Shown: positions 8,513 through 16,775, counted from the first letter of the stretch. The stretch: 33,717 bases of DNA from Chloroflexi bacterium TMED70 (GCA_002171675.1 NHDX01000014.1:92750-126466), one strand, 5' to 3'. The notes: generated from the sequence alone by a model not told the origin. Program-made: numbers and translations.

Positions 8513-11194
8513 CTAGCTTTCTTTATCTGATTCCTCAATTTTATCTTCAGATGTAGAGTCCTGCAAATTATCATTTTCAATTTGTTCTATATTCTCTTCA
8601 GATATAGAGTCATTCAAATCAGTATTTTCAATTTCTTCTGATTTTTCAATTTCCTCAATACTAACAGTTTTTCTAATTTTTCTATTATCTTGAACATAAT
8701 TTATAAATAGTCCACTTATAGCATCTCCAGCATTTGGTTTTACAATAGTAACTCCTTGAGCAACTCTACCTGTTCGCCTTATTTCACCTAAATTAGTTCT
8801 TATAATTTGAGCCTTATCTGTCAATAAGAACAAAAATCCCTCTTCAGTCTTTCCTTTTGTTTTACCTTTATTTTCATCCTTTATGGCTTTTGCAGCATTA
8901 ATTACTTCTTCAGTAACAACTGCTCCTCCTGCCACTTTACCAGTCTTATCAGTCACCTTAAGAGTCAAGACTCCAGATCCACCTCTATTTTGAATTCTGT
9001 AGTTTCTAAATTCACTTATTTTACCTATACCTCTTCGTCCTATAATTAATAAGGAATCTTCATCATTTACAACCCCACTATAAACAACTAAATCCTGTGC
9101 AGTCTTCATTTTTATTCCTCTAATTCCCCCTGCTCCTCTTTGAGTAGGTCTAACTTGTGAGGAAGGGAATCTAATAGACATTCCATCTCTAGTAATTATT
9201 GTTACGTCTTCATTAACATCTGCTAAAGAAACTGAAATCAATTCATCATCCTTAGAAAGCTTGAATGTATTTAACCCCGCTCTATTTATATTTCTTACTA
9301 GAGGTAGGTGCATTCTTTTTACTTTACCTGCTTTTGTAATCATTATTAGATATGTATCTTCTAGCAAACTTGTAACAGTTAACATTGCAGTGACTTTTTC
9401 GTTTGGAGCCAAATTAATTATATTTGAAACAGGCGTTCCTCTAGAGGTTCTAGATTGATCGGCAGGTAATTCAAATACTCTTAATTTAAATACCCTTCCT
9501 TTATCGGTAAAAAACAACAAAGTGTCATGTGTATTAGCAACCTGAAGATATGGAACAATATCACCATCTTTTGTCATTTTCTGACCAATCTTACCTTTAC
9601 CCCCTCGATGCTGAGCTCTATATGTAGTTTCTAAAATTCTTTTTACATAGCCACCTTTAGAAAGAGTAATAACAACATCAAGACTAGGCTCCATATCTTC
9701 TCTTTTCCATTCCTTAAGGTCCATTTCATTGACCTTTGTTCTTCTTTCTTCACCGTACTTTCTTTTTAATTGCAATGTTTCTGTTTTGATAACACTCAAA
9801 ATTCTTTTCTGGTTTGATAAAAGATCTTCTAAGTCTTCAACAAGTTCAGATAATTCCTTAAATTCGTTCTCAATTTTTTCTATTTCTAATGCAGCTAATC
9901 TTCTTAATTGCATGTCTAATATAGCTTGTGCTTGGATTTCACTTAAATCAAATTCTGTGATCAAAGAGTTACGAGCAGTTTCAACGTCTTCTGAAGCTCG
10001 AATTAATTCTATTACTTTATCTAGATTTTTTATGGCTATTCTCAGGCCTTCTAAAACATGCAGCCTAGCCTTAGCTCTTTTTAGATCATATTCTGCACGC
10101 CTTCTAATAACCTCTTCTCGGAAAGAAATATAATGATTTATAGTTTGTTTCAAATTCAATATCTGAGGAGTACCATCTACTAAAGCAATCATATTTACCG
10201 AGAAAGAAGATCTAAGCTGAGTTTGCTTATATAGATTATTCAAAATAAGACTAGAAGATGCGCCTTTCCTTAACTCAAGAACAAGTCTCATACCTTTTCT
10301 ATCAGATTCATCTCTAACTTCTGAAACTCCTTCTAATTTTTTACCCTTAATCAATTCAGCTATCTTCATAACTAATGTAGCTTTATTTACTTGATAAGGT
10401 ATTTCAGTAAACACTAATCTTTGCCTATCTTGTTTTTTTACATCTTCAATAATATGTTTTGCCTGTACAACTACTCTTCCTCTTCCAGTTGCAAAAGCAT
10501 CCCTTACTCCTGAAAGTCCCCATATCTCTGCTCCTGTTGGAAAATCAGGAGCCTTAACAACTTTCATTAGATCATCCACATTAGCCTGAGGATTTTCAAT
10601 CACAAGAGTTATACCATCACAAATCTCACTAAGATTATGAGGTGCAATATTTGTCGCCATACCAACCGCAATACCAGAAGCACCATTGACTAGAAGATTA
10701 GGTAAAATAGCAGGCAAAACAGAAGGTTCTTGTAAAGATTGATCAAAGTTATCTACCCAATCAATAGTTTCTTTTTCAATATCTCCTAGAAGACTTTCAG
10801 TAATAGGTGAAAGTTTACATTCGGTATATCTCATAGCAGCTGCAGGATCACCATCAACACTACCATAGTTTCCTTGCCCATCAACAAGTGTATGCCTCAT
10901 AGAAAAAGGCTGAGCCATTCTTACTTGAGCAGCATAAACAGAAGAGTCTCCATGAGGATGATATTTACCTAAAACTTCACCAACAAGTCTTGCACTTTTT
11001 TTATAAGATGAATTAGGTCTCATTCCTTGATCGTGCATTGCATAAAGCACTCTTCTTTGCACAGGCTTAAGCCCATCTCTAACATCAGGTAGAGCTCTTG
11101 AAACAATTACACTCATTGCATAATCAAGATATGAACTTTTCATTTCATCTTGAATATCTACTTTTTTTATTTCACCAAGATTATCTGTTACCAT
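8513..11194 (-). CDS. gyrA: DNA gyrase subunit A
   Basis: 893 aa. Contains [11 protein letters not shown], the QRDR segment [19 protein letters not shown], the active-site AAMRYTE and the GyrA-box [10 protein letters not shown] (which argues against ParC). The C-terminal beta-pinwheel repeats are followed by an acidic tail. Confidence 0.97.
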   Translation of the reverse strand: MVTDNLGEIKKVDIQDEMKSSYLDYAMSVIVSRALPDVRDGLKPVQRRVLYAMHDQGMRPNSSYKKSARLVGEVLGKYHPHGDSSVYAAQVRMAQPFSMRHTLVDGQGNYGSVDGDPAAAMRYTECKLSPITESLLGDIEKETIDWVDNFDQSLQEPSVLPAILPNLLVNGASGIAVGMATNIAPHNLSEICDGITLVIENPQANVDDLMKVVKAPDFPTGAEIWGLSGVRDAFATGRGRVVVQAKHIIEDVKKQDRQRLVFTEIPYQVNKATLVMKIAELIKGKKLEGVSEVRDESDRKGMRLVLELRKGASSSLILNNLYKQTQLRSSFSVNMIALVDGTPQILNLKQTINHYISFREEVIRRRAEYDLKRAKARLHVLEGLRIAIKNLDKVIELIRASEDVETARNSLITEFDLSEIQAQAILDMQLRRLAALEIEKIENEFKELSELVEDLEDLLSNQKRILSVIKTETLQLKRKYGEERRTKVNEMDLKEWKREDMEPSLDVVITLSKGGYVKRILETTYRAQHRGGKGKIGQKMTKDGDIVPYLQVANTHDTLLFFTDKGRVFKLRVFELPADQSRTSRGTPVSNIINLAPNEKVTAMLTVTSLLEDTYLIMITKAGKVKRMHLPLVRNINRAGLNTFKLSKDDELISVSLADVNEDVTIITRDGMSIRFPSSQVRPTQRGAGGIRGIKMKTAQDLVVYSGVVNDEDSLLIIGRRGIGKISEFRNYRIQNRGGSGVLTLKVTDKTGKVAGGAVVTEEVINAAKAIKDENKGKTKGKTEEGFLFLLTDKAQIIRTNLGEIRRTGRVAQGVTIVKPNAGDAISGLFINYVQDNRKIRKTVSIEEIEKSEEIENTDLNDSISEENIEQIENDNLQDSTSEDKIEESDKES
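8544..8645 (-). repeat. Tandem 51-nt (17-aa) imperfect duplication encoding the acidic GyrA C-terminal tail
   Basis: Plus-strand 8544..8594 and 8595..8645 align with few mismatches (tcttcagatgtagagtcctgcaaattatcattttcaattt / tcttcagatatagagtcattcaaatcagtattttcaattt). In the protein these are [17 protein letters not shown] and [17 protein letters not shown], followed by EESDKES. Confidence 0.8.
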
Positions 11195-11240
11195 TTGAAC
11201 CCTCGAATTTATTATTCATTATTGAGTAATTTATATATTT

Positions 11241-11270
11241 TCCCACGCGCGCGCGCAAGCGCGCGTGGGA
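11241..11270. repeat. Perfect GC-rich inverted repeat (12-bp stem, 6-nt loop) between the GATase-like gene and gyrA
   Basis: The sequence is tcccacgcgcgc-gcgcaa-gcgcgcgtggga. Positions 11241-11252 pair perfectly with 11270-11259. 24 of 30 nt are G/C in an otherwise roughly 30% GC window, and it contains a 12-nt alternating purine-pyrimidine run (ACGCGCGCGCGC). It may be a U-tract-less terminator or a 5'-UTR structure; see findings. Confidence 0.9.
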
Positions 11271-11282
11271 TTATTTACTTAG

Positions 11283-11870
11283 TTATGTGTTACTTTCTAA
11301 GCATTTATCTAAAAAGACTGTCATGAGATTATCAAAGCCTTTAGGTAAATTAGAATCTGTGGGATCAAAATTAATGCCAAAAACCCAATGTTCACCAGGT
11401 TTTTCAAAACCAATAATTTCACCTTCTTCTGAAATTATAGATGCAAAAAAAGTTTCTGATAATTCTTTTTGAAAAATATTAGAAGTTGGATCTAAATCAG
11501 ATTTTACCCATCCAGAGCCTCCTATAATATGCGAAAGTTTTGAACCAGGACTTAAAAAAAGTTGAGGAGACAAATCAACCTTTTTTATATTTTGAGATTT
11601 TTTACCACCAAAAAAAATATTTAAGCCCTCAAACCCATTTTTTATTCCTAAAATTGGGATGTTTTTCTTAAAAATTTCATGAATGATTTTTTCATTTTTA
11701 TCGTTTAATTTATTCGTAAGTAAAATCAATCCTGATAAATCTTCAGTTAATTTATTTTCTAGTAAAATTTCAATTTTTCTATCAGCTAACATATCAGCTA
11801 AAATTTTATTTATACTATTTTCTGAAATTATCAAAATACTCAAATTGGAATCCCCCATAAGCCTAACCAA
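11283..11870 (-). CDS. Class I glutamine amidotransferase / peptidase C26-like protein lacking the catalytic triad
   Basis: 195 aa. IPILGIKNGFEGLNIFFGG aligns to the C26 nucleophile elbow ILGICRGMQxxNVxxGG with Cys replaced by Lys. WVFGINFDPT aligns to GVQWHPE with His replaced by Asp and Glu by Thr. The annotated start overlaps the upstream ORF by 31 nt, so the internal Met5 (11858) is a possible true start. Confidence 0.6.
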   Translation of the reverse strand: MVRLMGDSNLSILIISENSINKILADMLADRKIEILLENKLTEDLSGLILLTNKLNDKNEKIIHEIFKKNIPILGIKNGFEGLNIFFGGKKSQNIKKVDLSPQLFLSPGSKLSHIIGGSGWVKSDLDPTSNIFQKELSETFFASIISEEGEIIGFEKPGEHWVFGINFDPTDSNLPKGFDNLMTVFLDKCLESNT

Positions 11871-12409
11871 TTTCTTTTATTTTTTTCCAAGTTTATTTTT
11901 TTAGATTTCAGAAAATCAAATAAAAACTTTTCCATTTCTTCATTTCTATCTCCTACATTATTTGAAGTTGGAGCAAAAGGATAAAAAGATTGTAAATCCA
12001 TACGATAAATCAAATAACATTTTTCAGTTAGGCCATTGAAATTTATAGAAAATTTCAATGCTACTCCAATTACATTTTTAATACTCTCGTGACTGTTTAT
12101 TGCATTAATAGTTGTATAAATCGATGAAAGTAAATCAAATGATTGGTCATCAGACAACATTATCCAATTCATATCTTCACTATCCTTAATAATCTGAACT
12201 TTGGTTTCTGTTGACTCTTCTCCGTCATTTAGTATAACTTGGAGATTTGATTCTAAATTTTTAAAAAAATCGTTTTTTGATAAGTTCGATACCAATAGCC
12301 CTGAAATTGGCATAATATTAAAATCATTTTCAACATTCTTAATATTTAATAATTTTTCAAAATCTAACCATAATTCATTCAAAAAATCTTTCTTAAAAAA
12401 ACTAATCAA
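11840..12409 (-). CDS. Hypothetical protein (soluble, acidic middle region); no family recognised
   Basis: A 189-aa ORF on the same strand as its neighbours and tightly packed with them. Only a much shorter antisense ORF (78 aa, 12201..12437) overlaps it. I recognise no motif. Confidence 0.55.
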   Translation of the reverse strand: MISFFKKDFLNELWLDFEKLLNIKNVENDFNIMPISGLLVSNLSKNDFFKNLESNLQVILNDGEESTETKVQIIKDSEDMNWIMLSDDQSFDLLSSIYTTINAINSHESIKNVIGVALKFSINFNGLTEKCYLIYRMDLQSFYPFAPTSNNVGDRNEEMEKFLFDFLKSKKINLEKNKRNWLGLWGIPI

Positions 12410-12470
12410 AAAATACTCCTCTCTTTTTTATATTTAATCAATTATCATTATAATCTCATAAAAAAAATAT

Positions 12471-13385
12471 ATGGATAGAACAATAAATAAAAAAATAGAT
12501 AACGTGCTTCATGATTCTATAAATCAAGCTTTGGAATTAATTAAGGCATCCATTTCTAAAAGTTACGAAATCTCAGACAAAAATAAAATCAAAGGAGATA
12601 ATCCTGTTACGGATATTGACATAGAAACTCAAAATCTAATCCTAAAAAATATTAAAAAAGAGTTTCCTGAACACGGAATTTTAGGAGAAGAAGGAGATAC
12701 CACAGAAAAAGTAAAGTCTGATTATTTATGGATTATAGACCCAATTGATGGAACAAAAAACTTTATAAATCAAATACCTTTATATTGCGTTTCTATAGCA
12801 GTATTTTACAAAGGAGACCCTATTATGGGTGCAGTAGGACTTCCATGGGATAAAAATAGCATTATTTCAGCTATAAAGGATGAAGGAATAGTTTCTAATT
12901 TTAAAAAACATAGATCAGAAAAAACAGAATCGAAACCATCTGCTGGAATATTAGCATTTGCACCTTCACATTTCACTATAGGAAATATAGTAAAAAAGAA
13001 ATTTTTCCAAAATTCAGGTGAATTAAGAAATTTAGGTTCAACAGCAGCTGAATTAGCACTTGTAGCAAACGATAATGCTCAATTAGCTATTTCTGGATAT
13101 GCTTTTACATGGGATTTTGCAGCAGCTTGGATATTAGTGAAAGAATCTGGAAAAAAAATTTATTATGGTGATATGTCAAAGAATATATGGATTGAAAACA
13201 ATCCATGGAAAAAGTTTTTCAATGAAGGAAATTATGATCTAAAAGAATTAAAGAATTGGAGAGGTAAGTTCTTGGGGTGTGATAAAAATATTGCAGAATT
13301 TATGATCTCAAATATTAAGCCAAATGGAAGAAAAGATTATAACTTAATTCGTAAAATCAGAAGATTTTTTTATATCAATGGATAA
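12471..13385 (+). CDS. Inositol monophosphatase-family phosphatase (SuhB/HisN/CysQ-like; specificity not assignable)
   Basis: 304 aa. Has the metal-binding GEEG motif, WIIDPIDGTKNF and WDFAAAWILVKESG, which are the IMPase family signatures. Confidence 0.85.
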   Translation: MDRTINKKIDNVLHDSINQALELIKASISKSYEISDKNKIKGDNPVTDIDIETQNLILKNIKKEFPEHGILGEEGDTTEKVKSDYLWIIDPIDGTKNFINQIPLYCVSIAVFYKGDPIMGAVGLPWDKNSIISAIKDEGIVSNFKKHRSEKTESKPSAGILAFAPSHFTIGNIVKKKFFQNSGELRNLGSTAAELALVANDNAQLAISGYAFTWDFAAAWILVKESGKKIYYGDMSKNIWIENNPWKKFFNEGNYDLKELKNWRGKFLGCDKNIAEFMISNIKPNGRKDYNLIRKIRRFFYING

Positions 13386-14110
13386 GGAACGTTTGTATTG
13401 GGATCAAGTATAGGTAATTTTTTATGATGTATTAGTTCTTTGCATCTAGAAATCAGAGAAATAATTTCCTCCTCAGAAATCAATTCAGATAATATAAGAT
13501 AAATTTTCTCCTTATTTTCTATTTCATATACAAGTTTTTTTATCTGTTTTATCTGCTTAACGCTTATTTCAGAGTTATTGAATTCAAACATTACTGTTCT
13601 AAATCTAGTATATGGATTGAAAGTTAAGGCTTGATCTATAGCCCATATTTCATTCGAGTCATCTAAAATTATCGAACCAGCTTTTCTATCAGTATTCAAT
13701 ATTATAAAATCAAAAATTATTACTTTCTTTAAGTCTTCCTTATGAGATTCATACAATGTGAAGTAATTTTCCTTCGGATTATGTTTAATAAATAATTGAA
13801 AACTTCCTAAACCATAGGGCCCTTCGCGGATTATTAAGGGAGGCAAGCTAGGCCAACCAAAGAATTTTGAAATTTCATATGCAGCTTTTTCTCTAGAAAA
13901 AAGATTACCTGTAAAAAAATCTACAAGGGGTCTCTCTCCTCTTAATGGTTTATAGATTGATAAAAAGGTTTGTTTTTTGGATTCTAATTCACACAGAAAG
14001 ACTCTATTTGAACCTTCATAAATCTCATTTACAGCCTTAATTTTGTAATTTATTAACTGATTTTCCGAAAATTCTAACTCAGACAATTTTAATATTCTCA
14101 ATATGCCCAT
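13370..14110 (-). CDS. SCO1664-type PI3/PI4-kinase-like protein (uncharacterised)
   Basis: 246 aa. LNTDRKAGSIILD (catalytic-loop-like D-R-K-x-G) and WAIDQALTF (DFG-equivalent) match, from memory, the actinobacterial SCO1664 family. It lies immediately downstream of a DUF3090 gene, the partner I recall for this family. Confidence 0.65.
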   Translation of the reverse strand: MGILRILKLSELEFSENQLINYKIKAVNEIYEGSNRVFLCELESKKQTFLSIYKPLRGERPLVDFFTGNLFSREKAAYEISKFFGWPSLPPLIIREGPYGLGSFQLFIKHNPKENYFTLYESHKEDLKKVIIFDFIILNTDRKAGSIILDDSNEIWAIDQALTFNPYTRFRTVMFEFNNSEISVKQIKQIKKLVYEIENKEKIYLILSELISEEEIISLISRCKELIHHKKLPILDPNTNVPYPLI

Positions 14111-14585
14111 TCAGCTTAATACAAAAATGACCCTCTTCATTTATTGGATTAAAACATAGGCCACATATTGGCCTTCCTTTTGAAACTATTACTAGGGCTT
14201 CTTTAGAAGTTTTTTGAGCTAATACATTTTGATATGTGAAGGTAGCAGCTAAAGTTTTATCGTCTCCATCTACCGCTACAAAATAAAAGTCTATATAATC
14301 TTCATTTGATTGATATTCTAAAGCAAAATCAACAAGTTTGTATTCAAGAGGGTTTTCTGAATTTGCAAGATTAAAATTTTGAAAAGATTTTTTATTAGAA
14401 AAAGATTCAAATTTTTTAACATCTTGAAACATTAAAGCAAGCTGTTGCTTTTCTAGCCATAATTTTATGAAATGATCTTTACAAGAGATTTCTATAATAA
14501 AAGTCCTATGACCTGGCTTCCCATAGGTATTAGGAGTGATTTGAAAACATTCTCCTAAATTTAAATATTTTTCTTTATCTTTCAA
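14079..14585 (-). CDS. DUF3090-family protein (uncharacterised) with a C-terminal Cys/His cluster
   Basis: 168 aa. The N-terminal GKPGHRTFIIE and C-terminal GRPICGLCFNPINEEGHFCIKLNGH match the DUF3090 pattern (CxLCGxPxDPxGHxCxRxNGH) as I recall it. Confidence 0.65.
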   Translation of the reverse strand: MKDKEKYLNLGECFQITPNTYGKPGHRTFIIEISCKDHFIKLWLEKQQLALMFQDVKKFESFSNKKSFQNFNLANSENPLEYKLVDFALEYQSNEDYIDFYFVAVDGDDKTLAATFTYQNVLAQKTSKEALVIVSKGRPICGLCFNPINEEGHFCIKLNGHIENIKIV

Positions 14586-14696
14586 AACAAATTTTCTTAG
14601 AAATTATTTAACATTCTAATGAGATTATATTAGATTATTGCCCGAATAATAGATATATTGGATATATCACCTTAAATTTATCTAGACAAATTATTC

Positions 14697-16319
14697 ATGG
14701 AAACAGAAAATAAAATAGAAATTTACGATACGACTTTAAGAGATGGAACTCAACAAAGTGGAATAAATCTATCTTTGGAAGAAAAGATCTTAATAACCCA
14801 AAAATTAGATGAACTTGGTGTAGATTTTATTGAAGGAGGATTTGCTGGGTCGAATCCAAAAGATGAAGAATACTTTAAGAGAGTAAAGAAACTTAATCTG
14901 AAAAATTCTAAAATTGTTTCTTTCGGACAAACCCGAAAAGCTAATAATAAAGTTGAAAATGACATTTTTATGAATGCTTTAATATCTGCTGAAACTGATT
15001 ATGTAACTATAGTAGGCAAAGCAAGCGCCTATCAAACTGAAAAAATTCTAAAGACATCTTTAGAAGAAAATATAAATATGATTTCAGACTCAGTAAAGTA
15101 TCTAAAAAGTAAAGATAAAGAAGTATTCTTTGATGCAGAACATTTTTTTGATGGTTATAAAGATAATCCTGAATATTCAATTCAGTGCTTAAAATCTGCA
15201 TACGAAGCTGGTGCAACAAGAATAATACTTTGTGATACCAATGGCGGAACTTTACCAAGTGAAATTTCTGAAATTACAAAAAAAGTTGTTAGTGAATTAA
15301 ATCAAAAAGAATTGATTGGAATACACACACATAATGATACTGATACCGCAGTTGCATCAACCATATCAGCAGTTGAATCAGGAGCATATCAAGTTCAAGG
15401 TTGTATAAACGGTTATGGAGAACGAACTGGTAATGCCAATTTAATAAGTGTAATTGCTAATTTAAGCTTAAAAATGGGAAAGAAAACCTTAAACAATTCT
15501 AAAAAATTGAAACAGCTAACTTCTATATCAAATTATGTGTCAGAAGTTGCTAATAAAAGACCTTTTCCTTTCCAGCCTTTTGTTGGTAAAAATGCTTTTA
15601 CTCATAAAGGTGGAATGCATGCTGCAGGATATTTAATAGATCCAAACTCATTTCAACATATAGAACCTAGTGAAGTTGGAAACGATTCATCAATAAGTAT
15701 TTCAGAATTATCAGGTAAAAAAAGTGTACTAACAAGAATAAAAAATCTTAATCTTGATCATATTTTAGATAGTAATGATGCTGAAAAAATCACTCAAATA
15801 ATTAAGGAAAAAGAATCAAAAGGCTATGCTTACGAATTGGCTAATTCATCTCTTGATTTACTGATTTTCAGACAATTACCTAATTATGAAGAAAAGTTTG
15901 AACTAATAGATTTTATGGTTATTGTTGAAAATAAAAGAAGATCATCATTAGGATCAGGTTGGAGAAATGATGGATCAGAGCATCCAATATTATCTGAAGC
16001 CACTATTAAGATTAAAACAAAAGATGAAATTTTTCATACAGCTGCTGAAGGAAATGGTCCAGTAGGAGCACTTGATAATGCTACTAGAAAAGCACTAATT
16101 GGTACTTTCCCAGAAATAAACAAAATAAGATTAACTGATTACATAGTAAGAGTTGTTGAAGAGGGCACAGGAACAGGTGCTGTTGTAAGAGTGATTATAG
16201 AATCATCAGATGACAAAGAGGTATGGACAACTGTTGGAGCTTCATCAAATATTATTGAAGCAACTTGGATAGCATTAGCAGATTCAATAGAATGGTTTCT
16301 AATAAAAAATTCTAAGTAG
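14697..16319 (+). CDS. cimA: (R)-citramalate synthase (LeuA/NifV-family, CimA clade)
   Basis: 540 aa. IYDTTLRDGTQQSGINLS, FIEGGFAGSNPKD, HTHNDTDTAVAST, GCINGYGERTGNANL and a C-terminal LeuA-dimer-like regulatory domain. The GGxxGSNPKD segment and the length fit the citramalate-synthase clade rather than canonical LeuA, which is present separately at 25316..26857. Confidence 0.75.
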   Translation: METENKIEIYDTTLRDGTQQSGINLSLEEKILITQKLDELGVDFIEGGFAGSNPKDEEYFKRVKKLNLKNSKIVSFGQTRKANNKVENDIFMNALISAETDYVTIVGKASAYQTEKILKTSLEENINMISDSVKYLKSKDKEVFFDAEHFFDGYKDNPEYSIQCLKSAYEAGATRIILCDTNGGTLPSEISEITKKVVSELNQKELIGIHTHNDTDTAVASTISAVESGAYQVQGCINGYGERTGNANLISVIANLSLKMGKKTLNNSKKLKQLTSISNYVSEVANKRPFPFQPFVGKNAFTHKGGMHAAGYLIDPNSFQHIEPSEVGNDSSISISELSGKKSVLTRIKNLNLDHILDSNDAEKITQIIKEKESKGYAYELANSSLDLLIFRQLPNYEEKFELIDFMVIVENKRRSSLGSGWRNDGSEHPILSEATIKIKTKDEIFHTAAEGNGPVGALDNATRKALIGTFPEINKIRLTDYIVRVVEEGTGTGAVVRVIIESSDDKEVWTTVGASSNIIEATWIALADSIEWFLIKNSK

Positions 16320-16749
16320 GGCTAATATATGATGGCCCATCATGCTCTACGATAATTTCTTCAACATCATCAGAACCTATTTTATAGCCTCTGATTATAG
16401 GTCTTGTTTTTTCAATCAAGGATATCAAAATATAAAAAGGATCAGTCCACATTGATTGAATTGCATTATTTATGTCTGTAGTTGATGGAAAAGCTTGCGA
16501 ATGAGTATGTGAATGATAAATAGCTAAAATCTTCAAATTATTTTCATCACAATAATTTTCAGCCTCTAAAAGCTGTAAAGGATCTATTGTATATCTTGTA
16601 AGAGGATTATCGTGAATATTTTTACACTCAAGAATTTCTACAACCTCACTATTATTTCCTAGCAATAATCCACAACATTCATTGGGATCTTGTAATAAGG
16701 AATGCTCAAATAACTTTGAAATAATGGATCTTGGTATTATTATTTTCAT
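16312..16749 (-). CDS. JAMM/MPN+ metalloprotease (Mov34/Mec-like)
   Basis: 145 aa. Has the upstream Glu in NECCGLLLG and a complete JAMM motif HSHTHSQAFPSTTD (H-x-H-x7-S-x2-D). Confidence 0.85.
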   Translation of the reverse strand: MKIIIPRSIISKLFEHSLLQDPNECCGLLLGNNSEVVEILECKNIHDNPLTRYTIDPLQLLEAENYCDENNLKILAIYHSHTHSQAFPSTTDINNAIQSMWTDPFYILISLIEKTRPIIRGYKIGSDDVEEIIVEHDGPSYISPT

Positions 16750-16775
16750 AATTAAAGTATAACTTATATTTTTTT

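Noticed and set aside
9729-10133. 134-aa plus-strand ORF, together with the many other 60-90-aa ORFs in the track: 650..841, 5725..5910, 6988..7230, 9261..9458, 11287..11472, 11683..11904, 12201..12437, 14750..14965, 15007..15258, 18187..18390, 19379..19606, 19597..19869, 19728..19928, 23860..24072, 24496..24774, 26715..26906, 28176..28385 and 32921..33118.
   Set aside because: All lie almost entirely antisense to (a few extend slightly past the ends of) longer ORFs with unmistakable conserved-family motifs (gyrA, leuC, leuA, ilvN, cimA, the acylase and others). Their translations are low-complexity Ser/Phe/Leu/Ile-rich strings typical of the reverse strand of AT-rich genes, with no recognisable motifs.
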